Assembly: GCA_030754885.1 (NCBI GenBank) | Contig: JASLZL010000017.1 | Location: 12,999-76,998, forward strand | From: Rhodospirillales bacterium | GTDB taxonomy: Bacteria; Pseudomonadota; Alphaproteobacteria; Rhodospirillales; JASLLZ01 | Reading direction: 5' to 3' | DNA: 64,000 bases | In this document: positions 52,078 to 62,484 of the stretch, piece after piece | How the letters are laid out: each line of letters starts with the position of its first letter | Position numbering within the stretch: position 1 is the stretch's first letter | Notes under the pieces: model-generated | What the model was told of the DNA's origin: nothing | The model's input: only the letters and a program-made list of their open reading frames with translations | Database searches by the model: none | Position numbers and translations under genes: made by a program

Positions 52078-52490
52078 GCGAATTCCTGGGTGGCTGCCTG
52101 TGCGGAGGCATTCGGTATCGGCTTGGTGCTAAGTCCTCGCATGCCGCCCACTGCCATTGCTCTCAATGCCGCCGCGCCAGCGGGGCGGCCTTCCTCACCT
52201 GGGTTGCCTTTCCAGCGGTTTCGTTCGCCTTTATCCAGGGCGCCCCCAGGATCTATCGGGCCACCGACAAGGCGGAGCGTTCATTTTGTCCCGATTGCGG
52301 CACCCCGCTGACCTTTCGCCACGTCGATAGCGCCCATCAGGTCGACGTGACGGCCGGAAGCCTGGATAATGCCCAAGACGTCCAACCTGTCCACCATATT
52401 TGGGACTCCGCCAAGCTCGGCTGGCTGAACATGGGCGACGGCCTGCCCCGCTATCCGGGTGAGCGGGACGGCAGCGAGGACATGCCATGA
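52074..52490 (+). CDS. GFA-family (CENP-V-like) zinc protein 1
   Basis: GGCLCG, HCHCSQCRR, RSFCPDCGTPL. Confidence 0.9.
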   Translation: MSEFLGGCLCGGIRYRLGAKSSHAAHCHCSQCRRASGAAFLTWVAFPAVSFAFIQGAPRIYRATDKAERSFCPDCGTPLTFRHVDSAHQVDVTAGSLDNAQDVQPVHHIWDSAKLGWLNMGDGLPRYPGERDGSEDMP

Positions 52491-52933
52491 GCGACAACCC
52501 CGTTTACGAAGGCGGCTGCCTGTGCGGCACCATCCGCTATCGCATCGCCGGCCCCATTGCGTGGGCCGCCCATTGCCATTGCGCCATGTGCCGGCGCGCC
52601 AGCGGCGCCGTCGCCCTCACCTGGGCCACCGTGCCAGCGACGCGATTTGCCATTACCCAGGGGGAGCCCGCCACATACCGGTCGTCGGAGAACGCCGAGC
52701 GCCGGTTCTGTCCCGCCTGTGGCTCTCAACTGACTTTTTGGTCGAACGCACACCCAAACGAGATGGATGTCTCGCTCGGCACCCTGGACCACCCGGAAGA
52801 TCATCGGGCCGACAGGCACACCTGGGCCAAGAGCCGCCTATCGTGGCTTCGTCTCGACGACCATTTGGTAGCCTACGCCGAGTCCACACCGGCGGACAAA
52901 CGGCCCGCGATCGGAGGGGGCGATGATGCCTAA
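52487..52933 (+). CDS. GFA-family (CENP-V-like) zinc protein 2
   Basis: GGCLCG, HCHCAMCRR, RRFCPACGSQL. Confidence 0.9.
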   Translation: MSDNPVYEGGCLCGTIRYRIAGPIAWAAHCHCAMCRRASGAVALTWATVPATRFAITQGEPATYRSSENAERRFCPACGSQLTFWSNAHPNEMDVSLGTLDHPEDHRADRHTWAKSRLSWLRLDDHLVAYAESTPADKRPAIGGGDDA

Positions 52934-53909
52934 GCACATCCTGGTCACCGGCGGCACCGGCTTTATCGGCGCCGCACTGGTGCGCCGTTTGGTCGGCGAC
53001 GGCCATCGGGTGAGGGTGCTGGACAACGACTCGCGCGGCTCCGCCGGTCGGCTCGACGACATCGCCGATGACTTTGAGAGGATTTCGGGCGACGTGCGCG
53101 ATGCAAAGGCGGTGGAGAAGGCGGCACGAGGCGTCGATGCCGTCCACCACCTGGCCTTCGTCAACGGCACCGAGTTCTTTTACGAAAAGCCCGAATTGGT
53201 CCTCGACGTCGGCGTCAAGGGCATGGTCAACGTGCTCGACGCCTGTATTAAGGCCGAAGTCGGAGAACTGGTGCTGGCGTCATCTTCTGAGGTCTATCAG
53301 CACGCACCCAAGGTGCCCACCGACGAAACCGTACCGCTCAGCATTCCCGACCCCACCAATCCGCGCTATTCCTATGCCGGCGGCAAGATCATCAGCGAGA
53401 TCATGGCGCTCAACTACGGACGCAAGTATTTCGAGCGCGTGCTGATCTTCCGTCCGCACAACGTCTATGGCCCCGACATGGGCTGGGAGCACGTCCTTCC
53501 TCAGTTCGTGTTAAGAATGAAAAAACTATCACAACAATTTGATTCAACTGTAGAATTTCCCATACAGGGAACCGGGAAGGAAACCCGCGCCTTCGTCTTC
53601 ATCGACGATTTTGTCGATGGCCTGGCGATCATGTTCGAGCTGGGCGAGCACTTGGGCATTTACAACATCGGAAGTACCGAAGAGGTCGCCATCACCGATG
53701 TCGCCCGGATGGTCGGAGAATTTTATGACCGCCGCATCAATGTCGTCGCCGGCCCCCTCGCCGAAGGAGGAACGCCCCGGCGCTGCCCCGACATCGCCAA
53801 GCTCAAAGCGCTCGGCTACCGGCCCCGGATGACGTTGAGCGAGGGCTTGCCGGTCCTGGCGCGCTGGTACGACGCCAATGCCGGCAAGGCGCCAGTGGAC
53901 GCGAGTTAA
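52923..53909 (+). CDS. NAD-dependent nucleotide-sugar epimerase/dehydratase, UDP-glucuronate decarboxylase-like
   Basis: VTGGTGFIG, ASSSEVY, PRYSYAGGK (YxxxK), RPHNVYGP, ETRAF, RRCPD. Confidence 0.85.
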   Translation: MMPKHILVTGGTGFIGAALVRRLVGDGHRVRVLDNDSRGSAGRLDDIADDFERISGDVRDAKAVEKAARGVDAVHHLAFVNGTEFFYEKPELVLDVGVKGMVNVLDACIKAEVGELVLASSSEVYQHAPKVPTDETVPLSIPDPTNPRYSYAGGKIISEIMALNYGRKYFERVLIFRPHNVYGPDMGWEHVLPQFVLRMKKLSQQFDSTVEFPIQGTGKETRAFVFIDDFVDGLAIMFELGEHLGIYNIGSTEEVAITDVARMVGEFYDRRINVVAGPLAEGGTPRRCPDIAKLKALGYRPRMTLSEGLPVLARWYDANAGKAPVDAS

Positions 53910-53921
53910 AGGGGAAGGACG

Positions 53922-55187
53922 ATGGAAACAAAGCCCAAGCTGGCCGCCGGGAGCGGTGGCAGCGTCGTCGTCGAGACCTGCCAGGCCTGCGGCGGTGCCG
54001 ACCTGCAATCTGTGCTTTTTCTGGGCTATCTGCCGCCGGTCAATCAGATGCGAATGATCGGCGCGCGCCCCCATGAACAACCGGCCTATCCGGCCGAGCT
54101 TCTCTACTGTCCGGGTTGTGAGATGGTGCAAATCGGCCTTATCGTCGATCCCGCCATCCTGTTTCCGCCCGATTATCCCTATACCAGCGGCACGACGCGC
54201 ATCCTGCACGAAAATTTTGCCGATTTATCGCGCGAATGCGCAGACTTGCTGGCCCCGGCGGCGGATGACCTGATCGTCGATATCGGTTCCAACGACGGCA
54301 CGCTGTTGTCGAAGTTTGCCGATAGCGGCTGGCGGCTCTTAGGGATAGAGCCGACCGAGGCGGGCCAACTTGCCATTGAGAAGGGAATTGCCACCGAAAC
54401 CGCCTTTTTTACCAAAGCGCTGGCCGAGCAGATGAGAGCCAAGCACGGCGCCGCCAAGCTGGTAACGGCAGCCAACTGCTTCGCCCATATCGAAAACGTC
54501 CACGACATCATCAAGGGCGTCATGGCGCTGCTGGCCGACGACGGGGTTTTTGTTTCCGAATCCCACTACCTGATCTCGCTTTTGGAGACCGTGCAGTACG
54601 ACACCATTTATCACGAGCACCTGCGATATTACTCCCTGACCAGCCTGGCGAACCTTCTTGCCATGCACGGCCTTGAAGTCATCCACGCCCGACCCATCCC
54701 AAGCCACGGCGGATCAATCCGCGTTTATGCGGCACGGCACGGTTCGCGCCCGGTGCTCCCCTGGGTCAAGAAGATGCTGGCCGCCGAGGCGGCCCGGGGC
54801 CCGATGGCGGAACAATTGAGCGTCTTCAAGGACCAAGTCATTTCCAGCAAGTTGGAACTCCTGGCCATGCTCCACTCCATCAAAGCCGAGGGTCAGCGCA
54901 TATATGCCATTAGCGCGCCGTCCCGGGCCAGCACCCTGGCCCATTACGCGGGCCTCGACGACGGCCTTATCGACTGCATCTTGGAGATCGACGGATCACG
55001 CAAGATCGGCCGCTCCCTGCCCGGCACATTGATCCCGGTGATCGAGGAATCGCGCCTGTTCGCCGATCAGCCCGAATACGCCCTCATGTTTTCATGGCAC
55101 ATCGCCGACGAACTGGCGCCCAAGCTTCGCGACAAGGGGTACGCGGGTAAATTCATCGTGCCCCTGCCCCGGCCCCGCATTATTTGA
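53922..55187 (+). CDS. NDP-sugar C-methyltransferase (zinc-binding, TylC3/EryBIII/NovU-like)
   Basis: CQACG..CPGC zinc site, YPYTSG, DIGSNDG, YDTIYHEHLRYYS, HGGSIR, GKFIVPLP. Confidence 0.9.
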   Translation: METKPKLAAGSGGSVVVETCQACGGADLQSVLFLGYLPPVNQMRMIGARPHEQPAYPAELLYCPGCEMVQIGLIVDPAILFPPDYPYTSGTTRILHENFADLSRECADLLAPAADDLIVDIGSNDGTLLSKFADSGWRLLGIEPTEAGQLAIEKGIATETAFFTKALAEQMRAKHGAAKLVTAANCFAHIENVHDIIKGVMALLADDGVFVSESHYLISLLETVQYDTIYHEHLRYYSLTSLANLLAMHGLEVIHARPIPSHGGSIRVYAARHGSRPVLPWVKKMLAAEAARGPMAEQLSVFKDQVISSKLELLAMLHSIKAEGQRIYAISAPSRASTLAHYAGLDDGLIDCILEIDGSRKIGRSLPGTLIPVIEESRLFADQPEYALMFSWHIADELAPKLRDKGYAGKFIVPLPRPRII

Positions 55188-55767
55188 CCTTGGGCAGGAT
55201 CAGGCGCCCCTTAACCTGGGCCAGCATGAAGATGGCGTAGACGGGGGCATTCTCGAATCCGCCGTCGGCAAGGCGCCGGGCAACCTCTTCGGGCGCCATG
55301 GTCAGGGCCTCCAACTCGGGTTCGGACGGCTGAAGGGGTGTGACGGGCACCGTCGTCGCGGCAAAGAAGCACCACATGCGGTTGCCCAGGCGTCCGGCAT
55401 CGGGGACCAGATTGCCCAGCAATTCCATGCTATCGGCGCGGTAGCCGGTCTCTTCCAGCAACTCGCGCTTGGCCGCTGCCTCAGGCGTCTCTCCGCCATC
55501 GACGAGCCCGCAGGGAAGCTCCAGCGACACCGTCTCGGTGACTGGGCGGTATTGGCGCACAACAAGGATACGTCCCTCGGGCGTCAGCGCCAGAATGGCG
55601 ACGTAGTCGTCGGGCACGACGGCGTAATAGGGATCGCCGCCCTGGTCACTATCGAGAGTTTTCGCCACGACCTCGAACCACGGCGTCTTCAAAACCGTCT
55701 CGCGGGTGGCAACCCTGGGCCGGGGTTTCGTGCTCCGGCCCGGCGGTTCGGATGCTTTTTCGTTCAT
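55180..55767 (-). CDS. NUDIX hydrolase (NDP-sugar / ADP-ribose pyrophosphatase-like)
   Basis: Nudix box GLVDGGETPEAAAKRELLEETGY; VRQYR. Confidence 0.92.
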   Translation of the reverse strand: MNEKASEPPGRSTKPRPRVATRETVLKTPWFEVVAKTLDSDQGGDPYYAVVPDDYVAILALTPEGRILVVRQYRPVTETVSLELPCGLVDGGETPEAAAKRELLEETGYRADSMELLGNLVPDAGRLGNRMWCFFAATTVPVTPLQPSEPELEALTMAPEEVARRLADGGFENAPVYAIFMLAQVKGRLILPKVK

Positions 55768-55940
55768 GGTCCTCTGGTGCCAAAGGTGGGCCGCGCCGAG
55801 ACTGGGCAAGGCGCCGTTCGATGGCAAGCCCTTTGTCGGACATCAGCGTCGATTGACAACCCCGGCGGCACGGGTTTATCTGCGCATCGACGCGCCATGC
55901 ATTATCTGTACGCAACTACGCCGGCCCGGCCGGGGGAACC

Positions 55941-57137
55941 ATGACCGAATGGAACGCCGAAATAACCGTCGTCGGCGGCGCCGGCCATGTTGGCCTGCCG
56001 CTGGCCCTGGCCTTCGCCGATATCGGCCGGCGTGTGCTCATCCACGATATCGACGACAAGGCCCTTAAGACCATCGCCGGGGGCCGCCTGCCGTTTGTCG
56101 AATACGGCGGCCAGGCCTTGCTGGACAAGGCCCTCGGCGAAGACAAACTACGGTTTTCCGCGTCCGTCGATGACGTGCCGGCGGGCGGAGTCATGGTCGT
56201 CACCATCGGCACGCCGATTGACGAGTTCCTTAACCCCGAATACGAGGCTGTCTCGGATTGCATCGACAATCTGTTGTCCAAAATGACGGACGATTGCCTG
56301 GTCATTCTGCGCTCGACGGTCTTTCCGGGCACCACCGATTGGCTGCACCGCCACCTGCGCACCCGGGGAAAATCCCCCAAGCTGGCTTTCTGCCCCGAGC
56401 GCGTGGTGCAGGGTCATGCCACCCAAGAACTGCGCAAGGTGCCCCAGATCGTCAGCGGAACGACGCCCGAGGCGGAGGACGAGGCGGCGGAACTGTTTGC
56501 CGGCATCGGTCCCGCGATTGTCCGCCTGACGCCTCAGGAGGCCGAATTCGCCAAGCTTTTCAGCAACACGTACCGCTACATCCATTTCGCGGTGACCAAC
56601 GAGCTTTACATGATCGCCGAGAACGCGGGCGTCGATTACCACCGGGTCCTCGACGGCATGACCCAGGATTATCCGCGCGCCCAGTACATCCCGAGGCCCG
56701 GCTTCGCGGCGGGACCGTGCCTGTTCAAGGACACCATGCAGCTCTCGGCCTTTGCCAACAACCGTTTCGGCCTGGGCCACGCGGCCATGCTGGTCAATGA
56801 GGGGCTTGTGCTCTACGTGGTTGACGAGGCGCGGCGCAAGTACCCGCTGGCCGAAATGACGGTGGGCCTTCTCGGCATGGCCTTCAAGGCCGACGTGGAC
56901 GACACCCGGGCCTCGCTCAGTTACAAGATGAAGAACGCGCTCAAGGCCCACGCCAAGGAGGTCCTGACCACCGACCCCCACGTCACCTCCGACGCCGAGA
57001 TTAAGCCCTTGGACGAGGTTATAGCCAAGAGCGATCTTCTCGTCCTGTGCACCCCGCATGGGGCCTATAAGGACCTCGATGTCGGCGAAACGCCGTTGAT
57101 CGACATATGGCGCTACATCGGCTCGGGACGAATCTAA
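55941..57137 (+). CDS. UDP-glucose/GDP-mannose/UDP-ManNAc dehydrogenase family
   Basis: GGAGHVGLPL, LRSTVFPGTT, FCPER, AEFAKLFSN, GPCLFKD, MAFKADVDD.R. Confidence 0.92.
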   Translation: MTEWNAEITVVGGAGHVGLPLALAFADIGRRVLIHDIDDKALKTIAGGRLPFVEYGGQALLDKALGEDKLRFSASVDDVPAGGVMVVTIGTPIDEFLNPEYEAVSDCIDNLLSKMTDDCLVILRSTVFPGTTDWLHRHLRTRGKSPKLAFCPERVVQGHATQELRKVPQIVSGTTPEAEDEAAELFAGIGPAIVRLTPQEAEFAKLFSNTYRYIHFAVTNELYMIAENAGVDYHRVLDGMTQDYPRAQYIPRPGFAAGPCLFKDTMQLSAFANNRFGLGHAAMLVNEGLVLYVVDEARRKYPLAEMTVGLLGMAFKADVDDTRASLSYKMKNALKAHAKEVLTTDPHVTSDAEIKPLDEVIAKSDLLVLCTPHGAYKDLDVGETPLIDIWRYIGSGRI

Positions 57138-57174
57138 TTCAGGCACCCTCTTCAGGCAGAAGGAAAAAGAAACG

Positions 57175-58287
57175 GTGACACCGCCCGACGAACGTATTCC
57201 CTGGTTCCAGCCCCAGGTCGGGGCGGCCGAAGAGAAGCGCTTGGCCGAGGTCCTGGAAAGCGGCTACATCAACGCCGGCGAGGTAACCCGCGAATTTGAA
57301 GAACGCGTGGCAGAGACCATCGGCGCCCGACATTGCATCGCCGTTAGCAGTGGCACAGCGGCCATTGCCCTAGCCCTGATGGGCAAGGGGATCGGTCCCG
57401 GCGACGAGGTCATTGTGCCGGACCTTACCTTCATCGCCACCGCCAATGCCGTCCGTTTGACCGGCGCCAACGTCAAGCTGGTCGATGTGGAGACTAAGCG
57501 CTTCACCCTTGATGTCGAACGAACGCGGGCCGCCATCGGGCCAAGGACCCGCGCCGTTGTCCCGGTTGACGTCAATGGCCGCGGCGCCGATTACGGCGTC
57601 TTGGAAACGCTGTGCCGTGACAAGGGTTTGGCTCTTATTTGCGATTCAGCAGAAGCGCTTGGTTCGAAATGCACCGGGCGCTTTCTCGGCACCTTCGGCG
57701 ATGCCGGCGCTTTTTCGTTTTCAGCCGCCAAGACCATTTCTTCCGGTCAAGGCGGCATGATCGCCACCGACGACGAGGATCTCACGTACCGGCTGCGCGA
57801 ACTCCGCGACCAGGGGCGGCGCAGCCAGGGAACCGGCGGCAACGACCTCCATCCGGTCGTTGGCTTCAATTTCAAGTACACCAACCTGCAGGCCGCCGTG
57901 GCGCTCTGCCAAATGGATCGCCTGGCCGACCGCCTTGATCACTTTCGCCGCCGCGATCAGTGGTATCGGGACTTACTTACCGATTGCCCCGGCGTCTCGT
58001 TGCCACCGCTCGACGATGGCGAGGAAGTCCGCCAATGGACCGATATCCTGACCGATCGGCGCGACGACGTTGTCGCCGCGTTGTCCGATCAGGGCATCGG
58101 CTGCCGGCCGTTCTGGTATCCCCTGCATACCCAGGCACCCGACAAGGCATCGGACAACGGTTTTCCGGGCGCCATGGCGGTCTCTTACCAGGGCCTATGG
58201 CTACCGTCGTCGTTCGAGTTGACCCGCGAGGAGGCGGCGCTGACCGCCGGCATTATTCGCCAAACCCTTTCCGGCACCACAACCTAG
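57175..58287 (+). CDS. DegT/DnrJ/EryC1/StrS PLP aminotransferase
   Basis: SSGTAA, GDEVIVP..TFIATANAV, DSAEALGS, FSF..AKTISSGQGGM, GFNFK. Confidence 0.93.
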   Translation: MTPPDERIPWFQPQVGAAEEKRLAEVLESGYINAGEVTREFEERVAETIGARHCIAVSSGTAAIALALMGKGIGPGDEVIVPDLTFIATANAVRLTGANVKLVDVETKRFTLDVERTRAAIGPRTRAVVPVDVNGRGADYGVLETLCRDKGLALICDSAEALGSKCTGRFLGTFGDAGAFSFSAAKTISSGQGGMIATDDEDLTYRLRELRDQGRRSQGTGGNDLHPVVGFNFKYTNLQAAVALCQMDRLADRLDHFRRRDQWYRDLLTDCPGVSLPPLDDGEEVRQWTDILTDRRDDVVAALSDQGIGCRPFWYPLHTQAPDKASDNGFPGAMAVSYQGLWLPSSFELTREEAALTAGIIRQTLSGTTT

Positions 58288-58389
58288 AGCAAATCCCGAG
58301 CGAGCGGAATCGTTCGCAACGATAAATTTGCTTAAAATCAATATGTTAGAGCATTTTCCGTAAGCGCGAGCGATCGGGAAATGGTCTAA
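58284..58389. repeat. Alphaproteobacterial palindromic intergenic element (Bru-RS/RIME-like)
   Basis: CTAGAGCA... hairpin ...AT-rich spacer AAAATCAATATGTTAGAGCA... hairpin ...TGGTCTAA; about 105 bp. Confidence 0.7.
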
Positions 58390-59198
58390 CGAGGCGGCAT
58401 CTGCCGGCCTTCGCCATCGGCCCTGGGAAGCCGCACTACCACCGCGCCCTGTTGCCCGGCCTTCGGAGCCCGGTGCAGGCGCGTCATGCCCCACAGGAAC
58501 CAGCGCAGGTATTCCATCGTCCAGGGTCCGAGACGGAATGTAGATTCGCCACCGAACAAGCGGTCGATGGAGACGATCGGAACCTCACCGAGCCGAAGAC
58601 CCATGATCTGCGCCTTGATGGCCATCTCGAAAGCCACCGCCCAGCCAACCGGTCGTGATTGCAGATCGAAGTCGCCGAACCGTGCGCGCCGAAACATCTT
58701 GATGCCGGTTGTCGAGTCGGTGAGCGCCGAGCCGGCCAGGGCGTGGAACAGGCGATTGGCCAAACGCGACAGTATACCGCCAATGAGCGAGCCCCCGAGC
58801 CGCCGACCGCCGTGGGCGTAGCGCGTGCAACTGACAAAATCGCAGCCTTCGTCCATCAATTTCAGCATGTCGTCAATGGCTAGTACGGGCCCGACCTCGT
58901 CTGCGGCAAAAATAAGAATGATGTCGCCGGCCGCCGCCTCGACACCGGCGCGAATGGCATTGATGACACCCACGCCTAAGGTGTTGTGCAGGGTGCGCAA
59001 GTGGGGAAAGTCAGCCCCCATGGACGCCACCACGGCGACGCTGTCGTCGTCGGCCTCATCGTGAACGACCAGAACCTCGTGTGGAACCTCGACGACGGCG
59101 CGCAACACCTTGAGCATGACGCGCACGTTGAGGCCCTCGTTGCGCACGGGAACCAGGATCGATAGCGCGATAGGTTCGGCCTGGCGCTCCTTGCTCAC
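58386..59198 (-). CDS. GT2 glycosyltransferase, polyprenol-phosphate (DPM/ArnC-like) type
   Basis: LSILVPVRNE, VVHD..DD, G...AIRAG, CTRY..GG, TDSTTGIKMFR, EVPI..DR..GES; start uncertain. Confidence 0.88.
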   Translation of the reverse strand: MSKERQAEPIALSILVPVRNEGLNVRVMLKVLRAVVEVPHEVLVVHDEADDDSVAVVASMGADFPHLRTLHNTLGVGVINAIRAGVEAAAGDIILIFAADEVGPVLAIDDMLKLMDEGCDFVSCTRYAHGGRRLGGSLIGGILSRLANRLFHALAGSALTDSTTGIKMFRRARFGDFDLQSRPVGWAVAFEMAIKAQIMGLRLGEVPIVSIDRLFGGESTFRLGPWTMEYLRWFLWGMTRLHRAPKAGQQGAVVVRLPRADGEGRQMPPR

Positions 59199-59512
59199 CT
59201 CCGCGTCCCCTTCACGTCCTTCGCCATGGCATTCTCCACCGGTCCGCAGGCGTCCAAATGGAAACTGCTCCGACAAACGCGCCTCGCCTTCGAATCGGCG
59301 CAATTCCTCGATGTCGGCGGTGACAAGCGCACCTAGGACGGCGCTGCTGCTCTCCGGCGGAGCCGAGCGAAGGTTTCATATCGGTTGGGGGGTGTCAATT
59401 CCCAACCCCTGCCCTGGGGCGGGAATGACGTTATTTGTTGCGCCGACCCCCTATCGGTCGATAATCATAGACAAAATTCCAGACACCGTGCCCCGAAACG
59501 GAGGAACTCCTC

Positions 59513-61237
59513 ATGGACGCTAAGGTCTTCGACAAGAAAAACCTGCCCAGCCGCCATACCAGCGTCGGCCCGGAGAGCGCGCCGCACCGCTCGTACTATT
59601 ACGCCATGGGCATGACCGAAGAGGAGATCAAGCGCCCCTTCGTCGGCGTCGTCACCACATGGAACGAGGCGGCGCCGTGCAACATCTCGCTGATGCGCCA
59701 GGCTCAGGCGACCAAGAAGGGCGTCAAGGCGGCCAAGGGCACGCCGCGCGAGTTCACCACCATCACCGTGACCGACGGTATCGCCATGGGCCACCAGGGC
59801 ATGAAATCGTCTCTGATCAGTCGCGAGGTGATCGCCGATTCGGTCGAACTGACCATGCGCGGCCATTGCTATGACGCCCTCGTCGGCCTGGCCGGCTGCG
59901 ACAAGTCGCTGCCCGGGCTGATGATGGTCATGTTGCGCCTCAACGTGCCGTCCGTGTTCATGTACGGCGGCTCCATCCTGCCCGGCCGCTACAAGGGCAA
60001 GGACATCACCGTCCAGGACGTCTTCGAAGCCGTCGGCGCCCATAGCGGTGGTCAGATCAGCGAGCGCGAACTGCGCGACATAGAATGCGTCGCCTGCCCA
60101 TCGTCGGGCTCTTGCGGCGGTCAGTTCACGGCCAACACCATGGCCTGCGTGTCGGAAGCCATAGGCCTCGCCATTCCTGGTTCGGCCGGCGCGCCGGCGC
60201 CCTATGATTCGCGCGATGCCTATGCCGAGGCCAGCGGCGAGACGGTAATGAAGCTTTTGGCCCAGAACATCCGGCCGCGTGATATCGTCACCCGCAAGTC
60301 ATTGGAAAACGCCGCCATGGTGGTCGCCGCGTCGGGCGGCTCGACCAACGCCGGGTTGCATCTGCCGGCAATGGCCCACGAAGCCGGTATCGACTTCGAC
60401 CTGATGGACGTTTGCAAGATCTTTGAGAAAACGCCCTATATCGCCGATCTCAAACCATCCGGGCGCTATGTCGCCAAGGATATGTTCGAGGTTGGCGGCG
60501 TGCCAGTACTCCTGAAAGCACTTCTGGAAGGCGGCTACCTGCACGGCGATTGTCTAACGGTCACCGGCAAGACCATGGCCCAGAATCTGGCCCGGGTGAA
60601 ATTCCCCAAGGACCAGGACGTCATCCGCCCGACCAAGGACCCGATCTCGCCGACCGGCGGCGTCATCGGCCTCAAAGGCAACCTGGCGCCCGAAGGAGCC
60701 ATCGTTAAGGTAGCCGGGATGGACGGCCTTAAGTTCACCGGCCCGGCGCGGGTCTTTGATTGCGAAGAAGACGCCTACGAGGCCGTCGTCAAGCGCAAGA
60801 TCAAGAAGGGCGAAGTCATCGTCATACGCTACGAGGGTCCCAGGGGCGGCCCCGGCATGCGCGAGATGCTGTCGACCACGGCGGCGCTTTACGGCCAGGG
60901 CATGGGCGACAAGGTGGCGCTTATCACCGACGGCCGCTTCTCGGGCGCGACGCGCGGCTTTTGCGTCGGCCACGTCGGGCCCGAGGCCGCCGTCGGCGGA
61001 CCCATCGGACTCCTCAAGAACGGCGATGTGATTACGCTCGACGCAGTCAAGGGGCGCCTCCAAGTCGATCTGACCAAGAAGGAATTGGACAAGCGGCGCA
61101 AGTCTTGGAAACCACGCAAGACCGACCACCAATCCGGCGCCCTGTGGCGTTACGCCCAGAACGTCGGCGAAGCCTGCAAGGGCGCCGTCACCCACCCCGG
61201 AGCCAAGGCCGAGACCCATACCTATGCCGACATCTGA
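59513..61237 (+). CDS. ilvD: Dihydroxy-acid dehydratase
   Basis: [52 protein letters not shown]. Confidence 0.96.
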   Translation: MDAKVFDKKNLPSRHTSVGPESAPHRSYYYAMGMTEEEIKRPFVGVVTTWNEAAPCNISLMRQAQATKKGVKAAKGTPREFTTITVTDGIAMGHQGMKSSLISREVIADSVELTMRGHCYDALVGLAGCDKSLPGLMMVMLRLNVPSVFMYGGSILPGRYKGKDITVQDVFEAVGAHSGGQISERELRDIECVACPSSGSCGGQFTANTMACVSEAIGLAIPGSAGAPAPYDSRDAYAEASGETVMKLLAQNIRPRDIVTRKSLENAAMVVAASGGSTNAGLHLPAMAHEAGIDFDLMDVCKIFEKTPYIADLKPSGRYVAKDMFEVGGVPVLLKALLEGGYLHGDCLTVTGKTMAQNLARVKFPKDQDVIRPTKDPISPTGGVIGLKGNLAPEGAIVKVAGMDGLKFTGPARVFDCEEDAYEAVVKRKIKKGEVIVIRYEGPRGGPGMREMLSTTAALYGQGMGDKVALITDGRFSGATRGFCVGHVGPEAAVGGPIGLLKNGDVITLDAVKGRLQVDLTKKELDKRRKSWKPRKTDHQSGALWRYAQNVGEACKGAVTHPGAKAETHTYADI

Positions 61238-62474
61238 TCGCGTCACGCCTGAACTGGACGTCAATTTCGTCCGCTCGTTCTTTCCCAACCTGAACGACGG
61301 CTGGGCCTTTTTCGAGAATGCCGGCGGCAGCTATGTGCCGAAGACGGTGATTGAGCGCGTCACCGCCTACATGACCGAGATGCAGGTGCAGCCGGGCGGC
61401 GTCTTCGAATCGGGCCGACGCGCCGCAGAAAAGCGCGACGAGGCGCAGCGCCTGGTGGCGGAGATGATTAACGCCGACGAGGGCGAGGTTATCATCGGCC
61501 CTTCAACCACCACCAACGTCTATGTCATGTCCCACGCACTGGCGCCCTTCTTCGAGGCCGGCGACGAAATCATCGTCACCAACCTGGACCACGAGGCCAA
61601 CAGCGGCGCCTGGCGGCGCCTCGAGAGGACCGGCGTCACCGTCAAGGAGTGGCGGGTCAACCCCGATAGCGTAGAGTTGGAGATCGGGGACCTTGATGCG
61701 CTGCTGGGCGAGCGCACCCGCCTGGTGTGCTTCCCCCATTGCTCGAACGTCGCCGGCGGTATCAACGACGTGGCGGCAATCACCGCAAGGGCCCACGCGG
61801 CGGGCGCCATGGTGTTTGTCGACGGCGTCGCCTATGCGCCGCACCGGGCGGTCGACGTCAAGACGCTCGACGTCGATTTCTATGCCATGAGCTTTTACAA
61901 GGTCTATGGTCCGCACCTTGCCATGGTCTATGGCAAGCGCGATTTGTTGTTGCGGTGCGAGCCACAGAACCACTTCTTCATCGGAGAAGACCGCCCGGCC
62001 TTGCGCGTCAACGCGGGCTATCCGCCCCACGAATCGACCGCCGCCCTGCCCGGGATCGTGGATTACTTTGAGGCCGTCCACAGCCACCACTTCGATGAAC
62101 CGGAAAACAGCCTCAATCAACGGATCAAGCGCGTCTTCTCGCTCTTTGCCGCGCACGAGGAAAAAATTTCGGCGCGCTTTCTCGATTTCCTCGCCACCAA
62201 GCCCGGCGTGCGCCTCATCGGACGCAACAACCCACGCGCCGCGAGCCGCGCCCCCACTTTCTCGTTCCTGGTCGAAGGGATGAAGTCCGCCGAACTGCCG
62301 CCGCTTGCGGCCAAAAACCAAGTCGCCATCAAGAACGGCAATTTTTACGCCTATCGCCTGATGGAGCCTTTGGGGCTGGACCCGGCTGATGGCGTCGTAC
62401 GCACCTCCATGGTCCACTATACGGCCATGGAGGACGTCGACCGCCTAATCGCCGCCCTGGACGAGATCCTGTAA
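61224..62474 (+). CDS. Aminotransferase class V / cysteine desulfurase-like protein
   Basis: [44 protein letters not shown]. Confidence 0.9.
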   Translation: MPTSDRVTPELDVNFVRSFFPNLNDGWAFFENAGGSYVPKTVIERVTAYMTEMQVQPGGVFESGRRAAEKRDEAQRLVAEMINADEGEVIIGPSTTTNVYVMSHALAPFFEAGDEIIVTNLDHEANSGAWRRLERTGVTVKEWRVNPDSVELEIGDLDALLGERTRLVCFPHCSNVAGGINDVAAITARAHAAGAMVFVDGVAYAPHRAVDVKTLDVDFYAMSFYKVYGPHLAMVYGKRDLLLRCEPQNHFFIGEDRPALRVNAGYPPHESTAALPGIVDYFEAVHSHHFDEPENSLNQRIKRVFSLFAAHEEKISARFLDFLATKPGVRLIGRNNPRAASRAPTFSFLVEGMKSAELPPLAAKNQVAIKNGNFYAYRLMEPLGLDPADGVVRTSMVHYTAMEDVDRLIAALDEIL

Positions 62475-62484
62475 GAGGAAACCC

